A stretch of DNA of 63,005 nt, filler included, from Candidatus Eiseniibacteriota bacterium (lineage in GTDB: Bacteria; Orphanbacterota; Orphanbacteria; Orphanbacterales; Orphanbacteraceae), in NCBI GenBank assembly GCA_043809585.1. It is 5 parts of 5 records of this genome, joined end to end, with 100 filler letters (N's around TTAATTAATTAA, not from the genome) between each part and the next. Parts side by side here need not be neighbours in the genome. Positions count along the whole stretch, not along the records: positions 35,892 to 55,162 come from JBDROZ010000021.1; positions 55,263 to 60,867 come from JBDROZ010000027.1; 3 more parts are not named here. One strand, 5' to 3'. Shown one piece after another: positions 45,594 through 56,300 of this stretch. The notes below the pieces were generated by a model. That model was given only the letters and a program-made list of their open reading frames with translations. It was not told the origin of the DNA and did not search any database. A program made the position numbers and the translations under genes. Numbering within the stretch: the stretch's first letter is position 1; every line of letters starts with the position of its first letter.

Positions 45594-47783
45594 ATGAAGC
45601 GACCGTTCGTTCCGCTCGCCCTGCTCCTCCTCTCCTTTCTTTTTCCTTGCGAGCTCCGCGCCGGGTACGACCGCTGGACCGCGGAGGGGGGACCCTTCGG
45701 CGGTCGCGTGGAGGCCATTCTGGATCTTCCGGGCGGGGGAGGGCTCCTCGTGGGGACCGAGGCGGGGGGCATCTTCCGCCGGGAGGGGGGACGGTGGGTC
45801 CGGCGAAACGACGGCCTCCTCCTTCTGGATGTTTGCGCCCTCGAGGCGAACCCCGCGGACGCCGACACGGTCTTCGCGGGTACGTCGGGGGCCGGCGTGT
45901 ACCGGAGCGCGAATGGAGGAAGGAGCTGGTTCCCCGCCAACACGGGCCTCACGAACCTGGCGATCCGGGATCTCGCCCATCTCCCGGGCGGCGCGGGTCT
46001 TCTCGCGGCGACGGCGGGAGGGGGCGTCTTCCGCACGCTGGACGCCGGTCTTCACTGGACGCCGTCGAACCCGGGCCTCGGAAACGTGTACGTCCGATCC
46101 CTCGCGTTCGCCCCTTCCGATCCGTCCGTGGTCTACGCCGGTACCGACGGGGGGGTCTATCGTTCGGTCAACGGAGGCCTCACGTGGGCGTCCCGCACGG
46201 CGGGGCTGCCGGCTTCGCCGATCGAGGAGATCGCCGTCGATCCCGTCGACGAGGACCGGGCCTACGCCGGCACCTACGGGGCCGGCGTCTTTCGCACGCT
46301 GAGCGGCGGCCTCTCCTGGAGCGCCGCCGTGGCGGGAATGGGAGCGGTCTACGTGGAGGGGATCGAAATCCGGGAGGACCGCCCCGACACCCTTTGGGCC
46401 GCCACCCGTTCGGGACTCTTCGAGTCTTTCGACGGGGGATCGCTCTGGGCCGCACGGAACGCCGGTCTCGCCGACACGGTCCTCCTTGCGGTCGAGATCG
46501 CCGGCGAGACGCTGGCCGTCGGGAGTTACTGGGGGGGCGTCGCCTTCTCGCCGGCGCCGGCCTTCGGTTGGACGGCGATGAACGATGGGCTCGCGAACCG
46601 TTTCGTCTGGGAGATCGCCCTTTCGCCGTGGGACGGGGGCGTCCTCTACGCCGCGTCGTACGGGGGCGTCTCGGTCTCGGCCGACACCGGCTGGACCTGG
46701 AGCGACGCATCGGGCGGCCTCGGCGAATTCGACGTCCGCTCCGTGGCGCCGAGCCCCGGCGAGCCGAACAAGGTCCTTGCCGGTTTCTTCTACGGCGGCG
46801 TGTTCCGGTCCCTCGACGGAGGCGGATCGTGGGCCCCTTCCTCCGGCGGACTTCCGGCGGGGGCAACCGTCACGGTGCTCCGGCACCGCCCCGGCGACGG
46901 TTCCCGGGTGCTCTGCGGAACCTATTCGGGAATGTACGCGAGCGCCGACGGCGGCGCGACCTGGGTCTCGTCATGGAGCGGATTCGGCAGGAAGAAGGTG
47001 TGGGGGGCCGCCACGGTCGCCACGGCCCCCGACCTGGTCTACGCGGGCACCTACGAAAACGGGCTATTCAAGTCGGTCGATTTCGGGGCAACCTGGGACT
47101 CGGTCCCCCTGCCCGATCCGTTCGTGCGGGCCGTCGCCGTCGATCCGACGGACACTTCCGTCGTGTACGCCGGGGGGTACTACACTCAGGGGGGTCTCGG
47201 CGGCGTCTACAAATCGACGGATGGCGGCGCATCGTGGACGGCGAAGAACTCCGGCCTGTTGAACGAGTCGGTCTGGTGTCTGCAGGTCGATCCGTACGAA
47301 CCGTCCCGCATTCTCGCGGCGACCGCCGCCGGGGTCTTCGAGTCGAGGAACGGCGCCGACTCGTGGAGCGGCGTGAACGTCGGATTGCAGGCGAAGGATG
47401 TCCGGTGGGTGGTCCTCGCCGGGGAGAGGCTCGTGGCCGGGGTCTACGGCGGTTCCGCCCCCTGGTACGAGGGCGCCGTCGTGTCGGTCGCATCCTCCGG
47501 CCCTGCCCGCGCCCCTTTTCGGATTGTCGCGGCGCCGAATCCCTTCAACCCGTCCACGGTCCTCCGGCTCCCGCCCGTTCCCGGCAAGGTCCGGGTGGGC
47601 ATCTACGACATCGCCGGGCGTTTGGTCCGCCGCCTCGAGAGTGGGGGCGCCGGTGAAGAAGAGGCGCTCTTCCCCTGGGACGGCCGGGACGGCTCGGGGC
47701 GGAACGTTTCCTCGGGAGTCTACTTCGGCGTCGCCGAAACGGCGTTCGGAACCGCCCGGGCCCGGATCGTGCTCGTCCGTTGA
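45594..47783 (+). CDS. BNR/Asp-box beta-propeller protein with T9SS/FlgD-Ig C-terminal domain
   Basis: Many S.DGG..W repeats; signal peptide; PNPFNPST...WDGRDGSGRNVSSGVYF. Confidence 0.88.
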   Translation: MKRPFVPLALLLLSFLFPCELRAGYDRWTAEGGPFGGRVEAILDLPGGGGLLVGTEAGGIFRREGGRWVRRNDGLLLLDVCALEANPADADTVFAGTSGAGVYRSANGGRSWFPANTGLTNLAIRDLAHLPGGAGLLAATAGGGVFRTLDAGLHWTPSNPGLGNVYVRSLAFAPSDPSVVYAGTDGGVYRSVNGGLTWASRTAGLPASPIEEIAVDPVDEDRAYAGTYGAGVFRTLSGGLSWSAAVAGMGAVYVEGIEIREDRPDTLWAATRSGLFESFDGGSLWAARNAGLADTVLLAVEIAGETLAVGSYWGGVAFSPAPAFGWTAMNDGLANRFVWEIALSPWDGGVLYAASYGGVSVSADTGWTWSDASGGLGEFDVRSVAPSPGEPNKVLAGFFYGGVFRSLDGGGSWAPSSGGLPAGATVTVLRHRPGDGSRVLCGTYSGMYASADGGATWVSSWSGFGRKKVWGAATVATAPDLVYAGTYENGLFKSVDFGATWDSVPLPDPFVRAVAVDPTDTSVVYAGGYYTQGGLGGVYKSTDGGASWTAKNSGLLNESVWCLQVDPYEPSRILAATAAGVFESRNGADSWSGVNVGLQAKDVRWVVLAGERLVAGVYGGSAPWYEGAVVSVASSGPARAPFRIVAAPNPFNPSTVLRLPPVPGKVRVGIYDIAGRLVRRLESGGAGEEEALFPWDGRDGSGRNVSSGVYFGVAETAFGTARARIVLVR

Positions 47784-47875
47784 TCCCCCGAGTTCTCCGG
47801 CGTCCCCTCACGGGCCCGTCTTGACATCCTCTCCGCCGGACGTCTATGTTCTACGCCGGAGCGCGGGGAACGACC

Positions 47876-48070
47876 ATGGAAGAGTTTCAGGAGTGTCCGC
47901 ACTGCGGAAGGCGGACTCCGGAGGAGAACCTCCGTTGCATTTACTGCGGCGAATTGCTCCCCGTCCGCCGGGGCGCCATCGGATCGCTCCGTTTCGGGGG
48001 GGGGCGGGGGGTGTTCGTTCTTCTCGCCGCGTTTCTCGCACTCTTCATTCTCTGGCTTTGGTTCCGGTGA
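47876..48070 (+). CDS. Small zinc-ribbon membrane protein
   Basis: CPHC-x10-CIYC followed by C-terminal TM helix; TTGACA at 47821 upstream. Confidence 0.75.
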   Translation: MEEFQECPHCGRRTPEENLRCIYCGELLPVRRGAIGSLRFGGGRGVFVLLAAFLALFILWLWFR

Positions 48071-49062
48071 AGGCGACACGGTCTCGGAGGGCGCGATGGG
48101 CGGCCGGCGCGCTTCTCGGGGGGGCGATTCTCGTCCTGGCCGGGGCGGGCTGCTTCTCCTTCGGCGCGCCGAAACCGGCCCAGATTCGGGACGGGGAGAC
48201 GGAACAGGGATTCCGCCTTCTCCGGGAAGAGAAGTGGTCCTTCGCCATGGGCGCTTTCCGGAAGGCCCTCGAGGCGGACCCGAATCACGCACCCGCGCGG
48301 TACGGGCTCGGCCGGGTGTTCACGGAGACCGGATACGTCGAAGGGGCGGAAGCGGAGTATCGCCGGGCCGCGGAACTCGATCCCGGATACGGGGAGGCTT
48401 ACCTCGGGCTCGCCGCTCTTCTCTATGAGAACGGCCGCTACGGTGAGGCGGAGGCGAACGTGCTCCGGGCCCAGAAGAACGGTGCCGGCGGTTCTCCCCA
48501 GGCTCTCTTCCTGCTCGGCCTCTTCGCCGAGCGCCGGGGGGCTCCGTACGAGGCGGAGACCGATTTCCGTGCTTCCCTGGAGGCCGCCCCTTCCGACGCC
48601 GGCACGCGCCTCGCCCTCGTCGATCTCCTCATGAAACTGGAGCGGTTCGACGACGCCCTCTTCGAACTCGATCGGGAACGGTTCCCCCGGGGCGAGGAGG
48701 ACGAAGTACGAATCCGGATGGCCGATTGCCGCCGCCGTCTCGGCCAGGACCTCGAGGCGGAGCGCCTCTATCGGCAGCACGCCCAGGTCTTCCCGCTGTC
48801 ACCGGAACCGCTCTGGGGCCTCGCGGTGCTCTCCCTCCGGCGGGGGGACGCCGAAGGGGCCCGGGATCACATCGCGTCGCTCGCGGCGATACTCGATCCG
48901 GCGGAAGGAGCGGTGCTCACCGGTCTCGCCGCCGCTCTCGAATCGCCCGACCCGTTCTTCGTCTTTCTGGGACGGTGCCGGGACGCCCGGGAGGGCGCTT
49001 CCGAGTCGTTCCGCGCCCGTCTGGACGACATGATTCGTGAACTGGTTCGGGATTACGAGTAG
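48067..49062 (+). CDS. TPR-repeat lipoprotein
   Basis: GTG overlapping upstream stop; lipobox AGAG-C; multiple TPRs (ARYGLGRV, AYLGLA). Confidence 0.8.
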   Translation: MKATRSRRARWAAGALLGGAILVLAGAGCFSFGAPKPAQIRDGETEQGFRLLREEKWSFAMGAFRKALEADPNHAPARYGLGRVFTETGYVEGAEAEYRRAAELDPGYGEAYLGLAALLYENGRYGEAEANVLRAQKNGAGGSPQALFLLGLFAERRGAPYEAETDFRASLEAAPSDAGTRLALVDLLMKLERFDDALFELDRERFPRGEEDEVRIRMADCRRRLGQDLEAERLYRQHAQVFPLSPEPLWGLAVLSLRRGDAEGARDHIASLAAILDPAEGAVLTGLAAALESPDPFFVFLGRCRDAREGASESFRARLDDMIRELVRDYE

Positions 49063-49191
49063 CCCGACCAGGACGAGGCCGGGAGACGAGGTTCGTCGGG
49101 GATGATCGGCGCGGGGCGCTCTTCCGGCGGGATTCCGCTTGCCGCCGGTTCGTCCCACCGGATCTCGAGCATGATCATCGCCGCACTCCGG

Positions 49192-49848
49192 TCAGTGCAG
49201 GAGGTCCCCGATCCGCGAGAGGCGGGGGCGGTGGTCGCCGCCGTCCCACGACCAGTGAATGACCTCCGCCTTGCCCCTGAGGAGCCGCTCGTCGAGAGGC
49301 CCCCAGAAACGACTATCGTAGCTCTGGTTCCTGTTGTCGCCGAGCACGAAGAGGTGCCCCTCCGGAACGGTGAGAGGACCGAAGTCCGCCTGGGAAGGTG
49401 GAGCCCCCTTCAAAGAGATGTACTCTTCCTCGAGTAGCTCTCCGTCGATGTACACCTGGTTGCCCCGGATTCGAATCTCCTCGTCGGGGAGGGCGATCAC
49501 CCGCTTGATGTAATCCTTGCTGTCCGCGGGGGACCGGAAGATCACGATCTCGCCCCGGTGCGGCGTCCGCCCTCGAATCTTGTACTCCGTGAAGGGGATC
49601 GCGGGACCGTAGATGAATTTGTTCGCGATGAGGAAATCCCCCACGAGCAGGGTGTTCTCCATGGAACCGGAGGGGATCTGATACGCCTGCACCACGAAGG
49701 AGCGGAGGAAGAAGACGGCGATCACCATGAAGATGATGTCTTTCACCCTCGTCCAGACCCGGGAACCCCAGGGGGGCCGGGGGAGAGGGGGAGGCTGAGT
49801 AGGGGCTGCCGGCGCCGGGGGGGCCCCGATTCCATCCGGTTCGGTCAT
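49192..49848 (-). CDS. lepB: Signal peptidase I
   Basis: IPSGSMENTL, YIKRVIA, GDNRNQSYDSRFWG. Confidence 0.96.
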   Translation of the reverse strand: MTEPDGIGAPPAPAAPTQPPPLPRPPWGSRVWTRVKDIIFMVIAVFFLRSFVVQAYQIPSGSMENTLLVGDFLIANKFIYGPAIPFTEYKIRGRTPHRGEIVIFRSPADSKDYIKRVIALPDEEIRIRGNQVYIDGELLEEEYISLKGAPPSQADFGPLTVPEGHLFVLGDNRNQSYDSRFWGPLDERLLRGKAEVIHWSWDGGDHRPRLSRIGDLLH

Positions 49849-50071
49849 TTCGAATCCTCCCATGTGAGGAGAGTTACGTTTTCCGGCGGGTTTCGGTTTC
49901 CTCTTCTCTTAACGCTACTTCGGCGCCGCCGGTTCCGCAACCCCGGCGGGAACTCTTGACTTGGGGCCCCGTTCCGGTATACCTTTAGTATCGGTGTGGG
50001 ACGTCTCTTACGGTACGCTGCCCCGTCCCCGCCTCCGCCGAATCGTCATCGCCAGCCGAAGGGAGTGACCC

Positions 50072-51769
50072 ATGCCGAGGATCCTTCGTTGTTTCGTTCC
50101 CCTGTTCGTCCTTTCCAGCCTTCTCCTGACCTTCGTCTCCGCGACCGCCGAGAGTCCGAATCACTCTCGGTGCGCCACCTCCCTCTTCCAGGAGCAGAAG
50201 GTGGAGGCCGCCCAGACCGTTCTCCGGCCCTCCGAGGGGGGACCCACCGAGAGAGCCGCCTCCAAGATGATGACGCCCCCGCCGAACCCGAACGTGGGGG
50301 ACCGCTGGAGCTGGTACATTTGGCGCCTGAACGGAATGCCCGAGGCCGATCTGTTGCCCTGCACGGTGCGCGGGGAAGGAGATCATTGCTATGTGGTCGT
50401 CGAGGATAGCCAGTGGGGCGTGAACGTGAATCAGGCCCAGGTGGATACCATTCTCGCCCGTTTTGAAGACCACACGCCCGGCCCGCACCCGAACCTCGGG
50501 ATATACGACATCGACACCCTCGCCTTCGGCATGCCCCCCGACGAACTCGACAACGACCCGAAGGTCTACATCCTCTACTACGATTTCGACGTCAACGCCG
50601 ACGGATTCTTCTGGTACTTCGACGAGTACCCGGACGGGACCTTCTACTTCTCTTCTAACGAGTGCGAGGTGGTCTACCTGAACTGCAGCGACAACGACCC
50701 GGCGGGAGACTACATGCTCGCCGTCCTCGCCCACGAGTTCGAGCACATGATCCACTGGAACTATGACCCTGACGAATCGGCGTGGGTCGACGAGGGGTGC
50801 GCCGAACTCGCCATGTGGCTCTACGGAAATCCGGACAATATCTCCGGGTTCAACACGTCCCCCCAGGATCCGCTGATCGTCTGGAACGGGGCCTGGACCG
50901 ACTACATCCAGACCTACCTCTGGACCCTCTACTTCTACGAGCAGTACGGGGGGCTTCCCGCCATCCGGGCGGTTGTGGAGGAACCGGATAGTTCGGTATT
51001 CGGCTACAATAACGTCCTCTCCGGCCTCGGCGCGGGGGTCACCTTCGACGACGTCTTCGGCGACTGGGTGGTGGCGAACTTCGTCGACGACCCGTCTCTC
51101 GCCGACGGGCGCTACGGCTACGTCGGCGACGCCCTCCCGACGTTCCTTTCGGTCACGCACAGCGCCTACCCCGTGGGACCCCTCAGCCAGAACCAGCAGC
51201 CCACCGGGTGCAAGTACCGGAAGTTCATCAACGGCTTCCCCATGTCCGTCTACTTCGACGGCTCCGACAACGCGGTGTGGAAGCCCCGGGTGATCTATTA
51301 CTCCGGCGGATCCGCGGTGGCCGTGGGCGAGATCCCCTTGGACGGAGCGAACTCGGGCGACCTCTATCTCGCCGACTTCGGCGGCGCCCACGACCAGGTG
51401 GTGGTCACGATGGCCCACGCCTCCTACTACGGGTCGAACGGCTACACGTACGGCACCGAGTCGACGACGGACGTGGATGGCGCCGTTCCGGCCGCCCTCC
51501 GGCTCCTCCCGAACGTTCCGAACCCCTTCAATCCGAGCACGGAGATCTCCTTCTTGATCGACCGGCCCGGATCGGTCAATCTGACGGTGCACGACGCCTC
51601 GGGCCGGCTCGTCCGGACCCTCCACGACGGACCGGCGCCCGCCGGCCTCCGCTCCGTGGTGTGGGACGGGACGGACGACTCGGGCCGCGCCGTCGGCAGC
51701 GGTTCCTATCTGGCCCGCATGACCGCGGGAGAGCGGGTGGAGACCAGGAAGATCTCCCTGGTCCGGTAG
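50072..51769 (+). CDS. Secreted zinc metallopeptidase (M30-like) with T9SS/FlgD-Ig C-terminal domain
   Basis: [33 protein letters not shown]...[14 protein letters not shown]. Confidence 0.82.
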   Translation: MPRILRCFVPLFVLSSLLLTFVSATAESPNHSRCATSLFQEQKVEAAQTVLRPSEGGPTERAASKMMTPPPNPNVGDRWSWYIWRLNGMPEADLLPCTVRGEGDHCYVVVEDSQWGVNVNQAQVDTILARFEDHTPGPHPNLGIYDIDTLAFGMPPDELDNDPKVYILYYDFDVNADGFFWYFDEYPDGTFYFSSNECEVVYLNCSDNDPAGDYMLAVLAHEFEHMIHWNYDPDESAWVDEGCAELAMWLYGNPDNISGFNTSPQDPLIVWNGAWTDYIQTYLWTLYFYEQYGGLPAIRAVVEEPDSSVFGYNNVLSGLGAGVTFDDVFGDWVVANFVDDPSLADGRYGYVGDALPTFLSVTHSAYPVGPLSQNQQPTGCKYRKFINGFPMSVYFDGSDNAVWKPRVIYYSGGSAVAVGEIPLDGANSGDLYLADFGGAHDQVVVTMAHASYYGSNGYTYGTESTTDVDGAVPAALRLLPNVPNPFNPSTEISFLIDRPGSVNLTVHDASGRLVRTLHDGPAPAGLRSVVWDGTDDSGRAVGSGSYLARMTAGERVETRKISLVR

Positions 51770-51975
51770 GACCCTCTGACTTCCTGCTGCAGGCGCGGCT
51801 CGCGGGCTGCGAGGCCTTCTTTCCTTCGCCGCTTCCTCAACGGGGCTTTGGGCCCCGCCTGCGGGAGCGGCTCGTCCAAGGCGGCCTCTCGCCACCCGAG
51901 ACGCGCCCTCGCAACGAAAGTCATCGGACCCTACCGGCCCGCCGAGGAGGAAGACCCGAGAGGAAGGAAGGTGGG

Positions 51976-52743
51976 GTGAGCGAGCGAGTCGTGGTCGTCA
52001 TGCCCGCCTTGAACGCCGAGGCGACGCTGGAGCGGACCGTCCGGGACATTCCCGAGGGCGTCGTCGACCGGATCATCCTGGTCGACGACGTCTCCGAGGA
52101 CCGCACCGTCGAGATCGCCCGGCGCCTCGGTCTCCAAACCGTCGAGCTTACCCGCCGGTCGGGGTATGGCGGCAATCAGAAGCGCTGCTACGAGGAAGCC
52201 CTCGCCGCCGGGGCGGACGTGGTCGTCATGGTCCACCCGGATTACCAGTACGACTCGCGGCTTCTTCCCCATCTGATCGGCTTCATCCGGGACGGCGTGT
52301 GCGACGTGATCTTCGGCTCCCGGATCCGGACCCGGGGGGAAGCCCTTCGCTCCGGCATGCCTCCTTACAAATACGTGGCGAACCGCTTTCTCACGCTCGT
52401 GGAGAACATGGTCCTCGGCCTCAATCTCTCCGAGTGCCACACCGGGTACCGGGCATACCGCCGGGAAGTTCTCGAGACGATTCCCTACCGCGAGAACAGC
52501 GACGACTTCGTGTTCGACACGGAGTTTCTCGTGCAGGTCGTCGCCTTCGGGTTCCGGATCGCCGACGTGCCGGTCCCCTGCCGCTATTTCGACGAGGCCT
52601 CCCAGATTCGCCTGGGGGCGAGCGTGAAATACGGGCTCGAGACGCTCGGCGTTCTCGGCGCCTATCTGCTTCACCGGGGCGGCCTCCGATCGGACCGCCG
52701 GTTCCGCGCCGCCCCCGCCGCGGCCGGAAATGTGGTAAGATAA
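51976..52743 (+). CDS. Glycosyltransferase family 2 (polyprenol-phosphate glycosyltransferase-like)
   Basis: [44 protein letters not shown]. Confidence 0.92.
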   Translation: MSERVVVVMPALNAEATLERTVRDIPEGVVDRIILVDDVSEDRTVEIARRLGLQTVELTRRSGYGGNQKRCYEEALAAGADVVVMVHPDYQYDSRLLPHLIGFIRDGVCDVIFGSRIRTRGEALRSGMPPYKYVANRFLTLVENMVLGLNLSECHTGYRAYRREVLETIPYRENSDDFVFDTEFLVQVVAFGFRIADVPVPCRYFDEASQIRLGASVKYGLETLGVLGAYLLHRGGLRSDRRFRAAPAAAGNVVR

Positions 52744-52816
52744 GCGGAATTCGGGCTCTTTCCCTTCGCCGAGACCCTGTCCGCGCCGCCGCTCCCTCGG
52801 CGCACGAGGTGATCCC

Positions 52817-55009
52817 GTGCCGCCCCCGACCGCCCCCCTTCTCGTCCGCGTATTCCCCGCGCTGGCCGCGGCGGTGATCGCCTTTCATCCGGCGGGAGGG
52901 GCGTGCGCCGCGGAGTGGGCCCTCACCCTCGAGATCACCGAGGTCCCGGGCGCCGTTCCGGCGGCGGCCCGGGTGTCCGTGACCGGCGCCGACGCCCTCT
53001 CGTACCGCCCGTTCCCCGATTCCCTCTGCCTCTACCACGAGGCGCTCGGCGGGTTTTTCTACGCCGAGTCGTCGGCGGTCGTTCTCGTCCCCGAAGGGAT
53101 GACCCGGATCACGGCGGTCAAGGGGCCCGAGTTCCTCCCGGTGGATCTTCACGTTTCGGTCACGGCGGACACGACGGTCCTTCTGGAGCTGGAGCGGTGG
53201 ATCGAGCCCCGGGATCTCGGTTGGGTGGGAGGGGACGCCCACGGGGATCTCACCCACGCGCCGGCGGCGTATCACATCGAGCCGGACGAGGCGAAGAGAG
53301 TGGCCGAAGCGGAAGGGCTCAGGGTCGCCAACTTCCTCGACAACGGTTACCTCTTTACCGGCGGCGTGGGCTCCCTCTCCGACGGCTCGGTCGCCCTTTA
53401 CTCGTCGGAGGAGTACCGGAGCCCCGTCTTCGGGCATCTCGGGCTTCTCGGCATCGACACCCTCATCGTTCCCGACTACGGCGGCGTGGGATGGCCCCTT
53501 TGGGGGGACGTGGTCGACAGGGTCCGGGAACACACCCATGCCCTCGCCGTGCTGACCCACCCGATGACCACGAACGACTTCGACGATCTCGCCGGCTGGC
53601 CCGGCACCGGGCTCGGCAGGGGAATCTGGATCGAGGCCCCCCGGGGGCGGGCGGAGGCGATGGACATCCTCTCCTATTCCAACCACGGCGCCGAAGCCGA
53701 TGCGGCGTACTCTCTCTGGTACGATCTCTGGAACTCGGGATTTCCCGTTCCCGGGTCGGCCGGGACCGACGCCGCGGTCTGCCGGGTGAGCACCCGCCCG
53801 ATCGGGGGGTACCGGGTATACGTTCTGGTCGACGATCCGTACGGCGATCCGGCCGCCGTGCACGACGCCTGGGTCGAGGGAATCCGGCGGGGGAGGACGT
53901 TCATCACGGCGGGCCCCCTCGTCACCGCCTTCGACGTGGAGGGGGCGGGGATCGGGGAGACGCTCGCCGTCGCGGACGGCGGCCCCCGGGATGTCACGGT
54001 CCACGCCCGGTTCGAGTCGGCCCGAAGGCTGGACACGATCGAGATCGTCCGGAACGGCGAGGTCGTGGAGAGCTTCGACGTCCATGGAGGGACGGTCGGC
54101 GACGTCACGGCCGTCGTCCCGGTCCGGGAGTCGTGCTGGATCGCCGCCCGTCACGACGGTTACGACTATGCCCCGTGGCTCTCCTCGAGCCACCCCCTCG
54201 CCCACACGAATCCGGTCCTCGTTCTTCTCGGCGACGACCCTCTGACGTCGGGGGGCGCCGGGGACCGGGCCGTCGCGTCGCTGGACCGTCTCGATTCGCT
54301 CCTCTCCGTGGACGGTAGCTGGCCCTCCGCCGCCGATTCGGCCGCGGTGGCCCAGGCGATCAAGGACGCCCGGGCGGAGTGGGTGATCCGGGGCAACTCG
54401 CCCCCCGCTCCCTTCCGTCTTCTCTCTCCCTGCCGGGGATGCCGCCTCACCGAAGCGCGGCCCGAGTTCCGCTGGGAGGAGGCCGCCGACCCGGACACCG
54501 GCGCGCCGGCGACCTACCGATTCCAGCTCGCCGGGGACGGGGATTTCCGAGACGTACTCCTCGATACCGCCGGGCTCGGGGCGCCGGCCTTCGTCGTCCC
54601 CTTCGATCTCGACGTCGATTCGACCTACTGGTGGCGCGTCCGCGCCCTCGACGGGTCGGGGGACGTTCGGTGGAGCGAAGAGATCGACTGGTGGATTCGC
54701 CGGGTGACGCCCACGAGCGTCGACGCCTCCGCCGGCGCGGGGGACCGCCTCCGGATCACGGCCTCGCCCAATCCCTTCCGGGGCGCGGTTCGACTCTGCC
54801 TCTCCCTCCCCGCGCCGTCGCCGGGAACGGTCACGATCCACGACGTCGCGGGGCGCCGGGTCCGATCGGTGCCGGTCCCGTCGGGAAGCCGCGAAGTCGC
54901 TTGGGACGGCAGGGACGGGCGGGGCCGCGCCCTCGCCGGCGGACTTTACCTCTACCGGCTCGAGTCGGGCGGCCGGGCCGAGACGGGTCGGCTTTTCCTC
55001 ATTCGTTAA
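52817..55009 (+). CDS. CehA/McbA-like PHP-fold metallohydrolase with T9SS/FlgD-Ig C-terminal domain
   Basis: WVGGDAHG, EEYRSPVFGH, THP, AGTDA, GRTFITAGP, AHTNPV; PNPF...WDGRDGRG...GGLYLYRL. Confidence 0.8.
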   Translation: MPPPTAPLLVRVFPALAAAVIAFHPAGGACAAEWALTLEITEVPGAVPAAARVSVTGADALSYRPFPDSLCLYHEALGGFFYAESSAVVLVPEGMTRITAVKGPEFLPVDLHVSVTADTTVLLELERWIEPRDLGWVGGDAHGDLTHAPAAYHIEPDEAKRVAEAEGLRVANFLDNGYLFTGGVGSLSDGSVALYSSEEYRSPVFGHLGLLGIDTLIVPDYGGVGWPLWGDVVDRVREHTHALAVLTHPMTTNDFDDLAGWPGTGLGRGIWIEAPRGRAEAMDILSYSNHGAEADAAYSLWYDLWNSGFPVPGSAGTDAAVCRVSTRPIGGYRVYVLVDDPYGDPAAVHDAWVEGIRRGRTFITAGPLVTAFDVEGAGIGETLAVADGGPRDVTVHARFESARRLDTIEIVRNGEVVESFDVHGGTVGDVTAVVPVRESCWIAARHDGYDYAPWLSSSHPLAHTNPVLVLLGDDPLTSGGAGDRAVASLDRLDSLLSVDGSWPSAADSAAVAQAIKDARAEWVIRGNSPPAPFRLLSPCRGCRLTEARPEFRWEEAADPDTGAPATYRFQLAGDGDFRDVLLDTAGLGAPAFVVPFDLDVDSTYWWRVRALDGSGDVRWSEEIDWWIRRVTPTSVDASAGAGDRLRITASPNPFRGAVRLCLSLPAPSPGTVTIHDVAGRRVRSVPVPSGSREVAWDGRDGRGRALAGGLYLYRLESGGRAETGRLFLIR

Positions 55010-55162
55010 CCTTAATCCGGTAAAAAATCCCGGTGCCAATCGCTGACGCTCGCGCGATAGCACGCCATCTGCCGCAGTGCTCGCATTCACCAATGCTCAC
55101 ATATCGTTGGATATGCTCCGCTTGGTGAATGCTCCGCGCTGCAGCATCTGACGCACTCTCGC
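55006..55162 (+). mobile_element. Family A element, truncated by contig end
   Basis: Homologous to 21288-21483 (CGCTGACGCTCGC...CATTCACCAATGCTCACATATCGTTGGATATG...); terminal TTAA includes the upstream stop codon. Confidence 0.8.
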
Positions 55163-55262
55163 NNNNNNNNNNNNNNNNNNNNNNNNNNNNNNNNNNNNNN
55201 NNNNNNTTAATTAATTAANNNNNNNNNNNNNNNNNNNNNNNNNNNNNNNNNNNNNNNNNNNN
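55163..55262. other. Artificial contig linker
   Basis: N44-TTAATTAATTAA-N44. Confidence 0.98.
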
Positions 55263-55403
55263 CACTAGGGCTTATCGCTTCGATGGGCGCGATAAGCCCA
55301 ACTGCCCGACGGGTCCCTGCCTCCGGTGGCGGCTCGTCCAAGTCAGCTTCTCGTCAGGCGATCCGAGCCCTCGTGACGGAGATTCATGCATAATCCAGGC
55401 TAG
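55263..55403 (+). mobile_element. Family B element, expanded central insert plus right arm, truncated by contig start
   Basis: 55319-55403 near-identical to 56216-56300; hairpin GGGCTTATCGC/GCGATAAGCCC. Confidence 0.8.
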
Positions 55404-55503
55404 ATCTTTGTGGAAACCAATCGGTTGGGACGATAGCATAGCGGGGCGAGTGGGGCAGCGGGAAGACAACGGGAGGGCCGCGGGCGCCCGGGAGGAGAAC
55501 GAG

Positions 55504-56052
55504 ATGAGCAAGGAGCAGGCGGAGAGGCTCTGGCCCGAGCTTCAGTGGATCGAGAACGAGGACCTTCGGCGGCGGGTCCGGGACGTATGGGCCGAGGCGC
55601 TCGAGCGGAGCGTCCTCTCGGCGGACGACCTGGAGCGGATTCCCTTCACGCTGAAGGCGCCGGGGTGCACGGTCTCTTTCATGGCCCACAAGAGGTCGGT
55701 GGTCCACATCGCCTTCCAATCGGCGAAGACCATGAAGGAGTTCTTCGGGGACCAACTCCCGATCGACCTGGACACGGTCGTGGCCGGTTCGATTCTCATC
55801 GACGTGGGGAAACTCCTCGAGTACGACCTGGACGACAAGGGGGAGTTGATGACAGGCTCCACCGGCAAGTTCCTGCGTCATCCGTTCACCGGCGTCAGCC
55901 TCGCCATGAAGCACGGCCTGCCCGATCCGGTCTGTCACATGATCGCGACCCACGCGGGCGAGGGGAACCTGGGGAAGAGGAGCGTGGAGTCGACCATTGC
56001 CCACCACGTGGACTTCATGACCTTCGAGCCCTTCGTGGACCGGATCGTGTAA
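55504..56052 (+). CDS. HD-superfamily (HDIG-type) metal-dependent phosphohydrolase
   Basis: HKRSVV, AGSILIDVGKLLEY, RHPFTG, HMIATH, HHVD; RBS GGAGG. Confidence 0.85.
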   Translation: MSKEQAERLWPELQWIENEDLRRRVRDVWAEALERSVLSADDLERIPFTLKAPGCTVSFMAHKRSVVHIAFQSAKTMKEFFGDQLPIDLDTVVAGSILIDVGKLLEYDLDDKGELMTGSTGKFLRHPFTGVSLAMKHGLPDPVCHMIATHAGEGNLGKRSVESTIAHHVDFMTFEPFVDRIV

Positions 56053-56117
56053 GACGCAGCGAGAGCGGCGGGGCCGGCGCCCCGCCGCTCTCGCATTCGC
56101 GACTCCTCAGCGGGCCC

Positions 56118-56300
56118 CTAGCCTGGATTATGCACAAATCTCCTACTGCGATCTCGGATCGCCGCCTGCGAAGCCTCCTTTCCGTCGCCGCCTCCTCGAC
56201 GTAGTGCATGGCTACGCCTCCGGTGGCGGCTCGTCCAAGTCGGCTTCTCGTCAGGCGATCCGAGCCCTCGTGACGGAGATTCATGCATAATCCAGGCTAG
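56118..56300 (+). mobile_element. Palindromic MITE-like element family B, complete short copy (183 bp)
   Basis: 26-nt terminal IR CTAGCCTGGATTATGCA(CA/TG)AATCTCC; whole element folds as an imperfect hairpin; right end supplies the ino1 stop. Confidence 0.85.
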
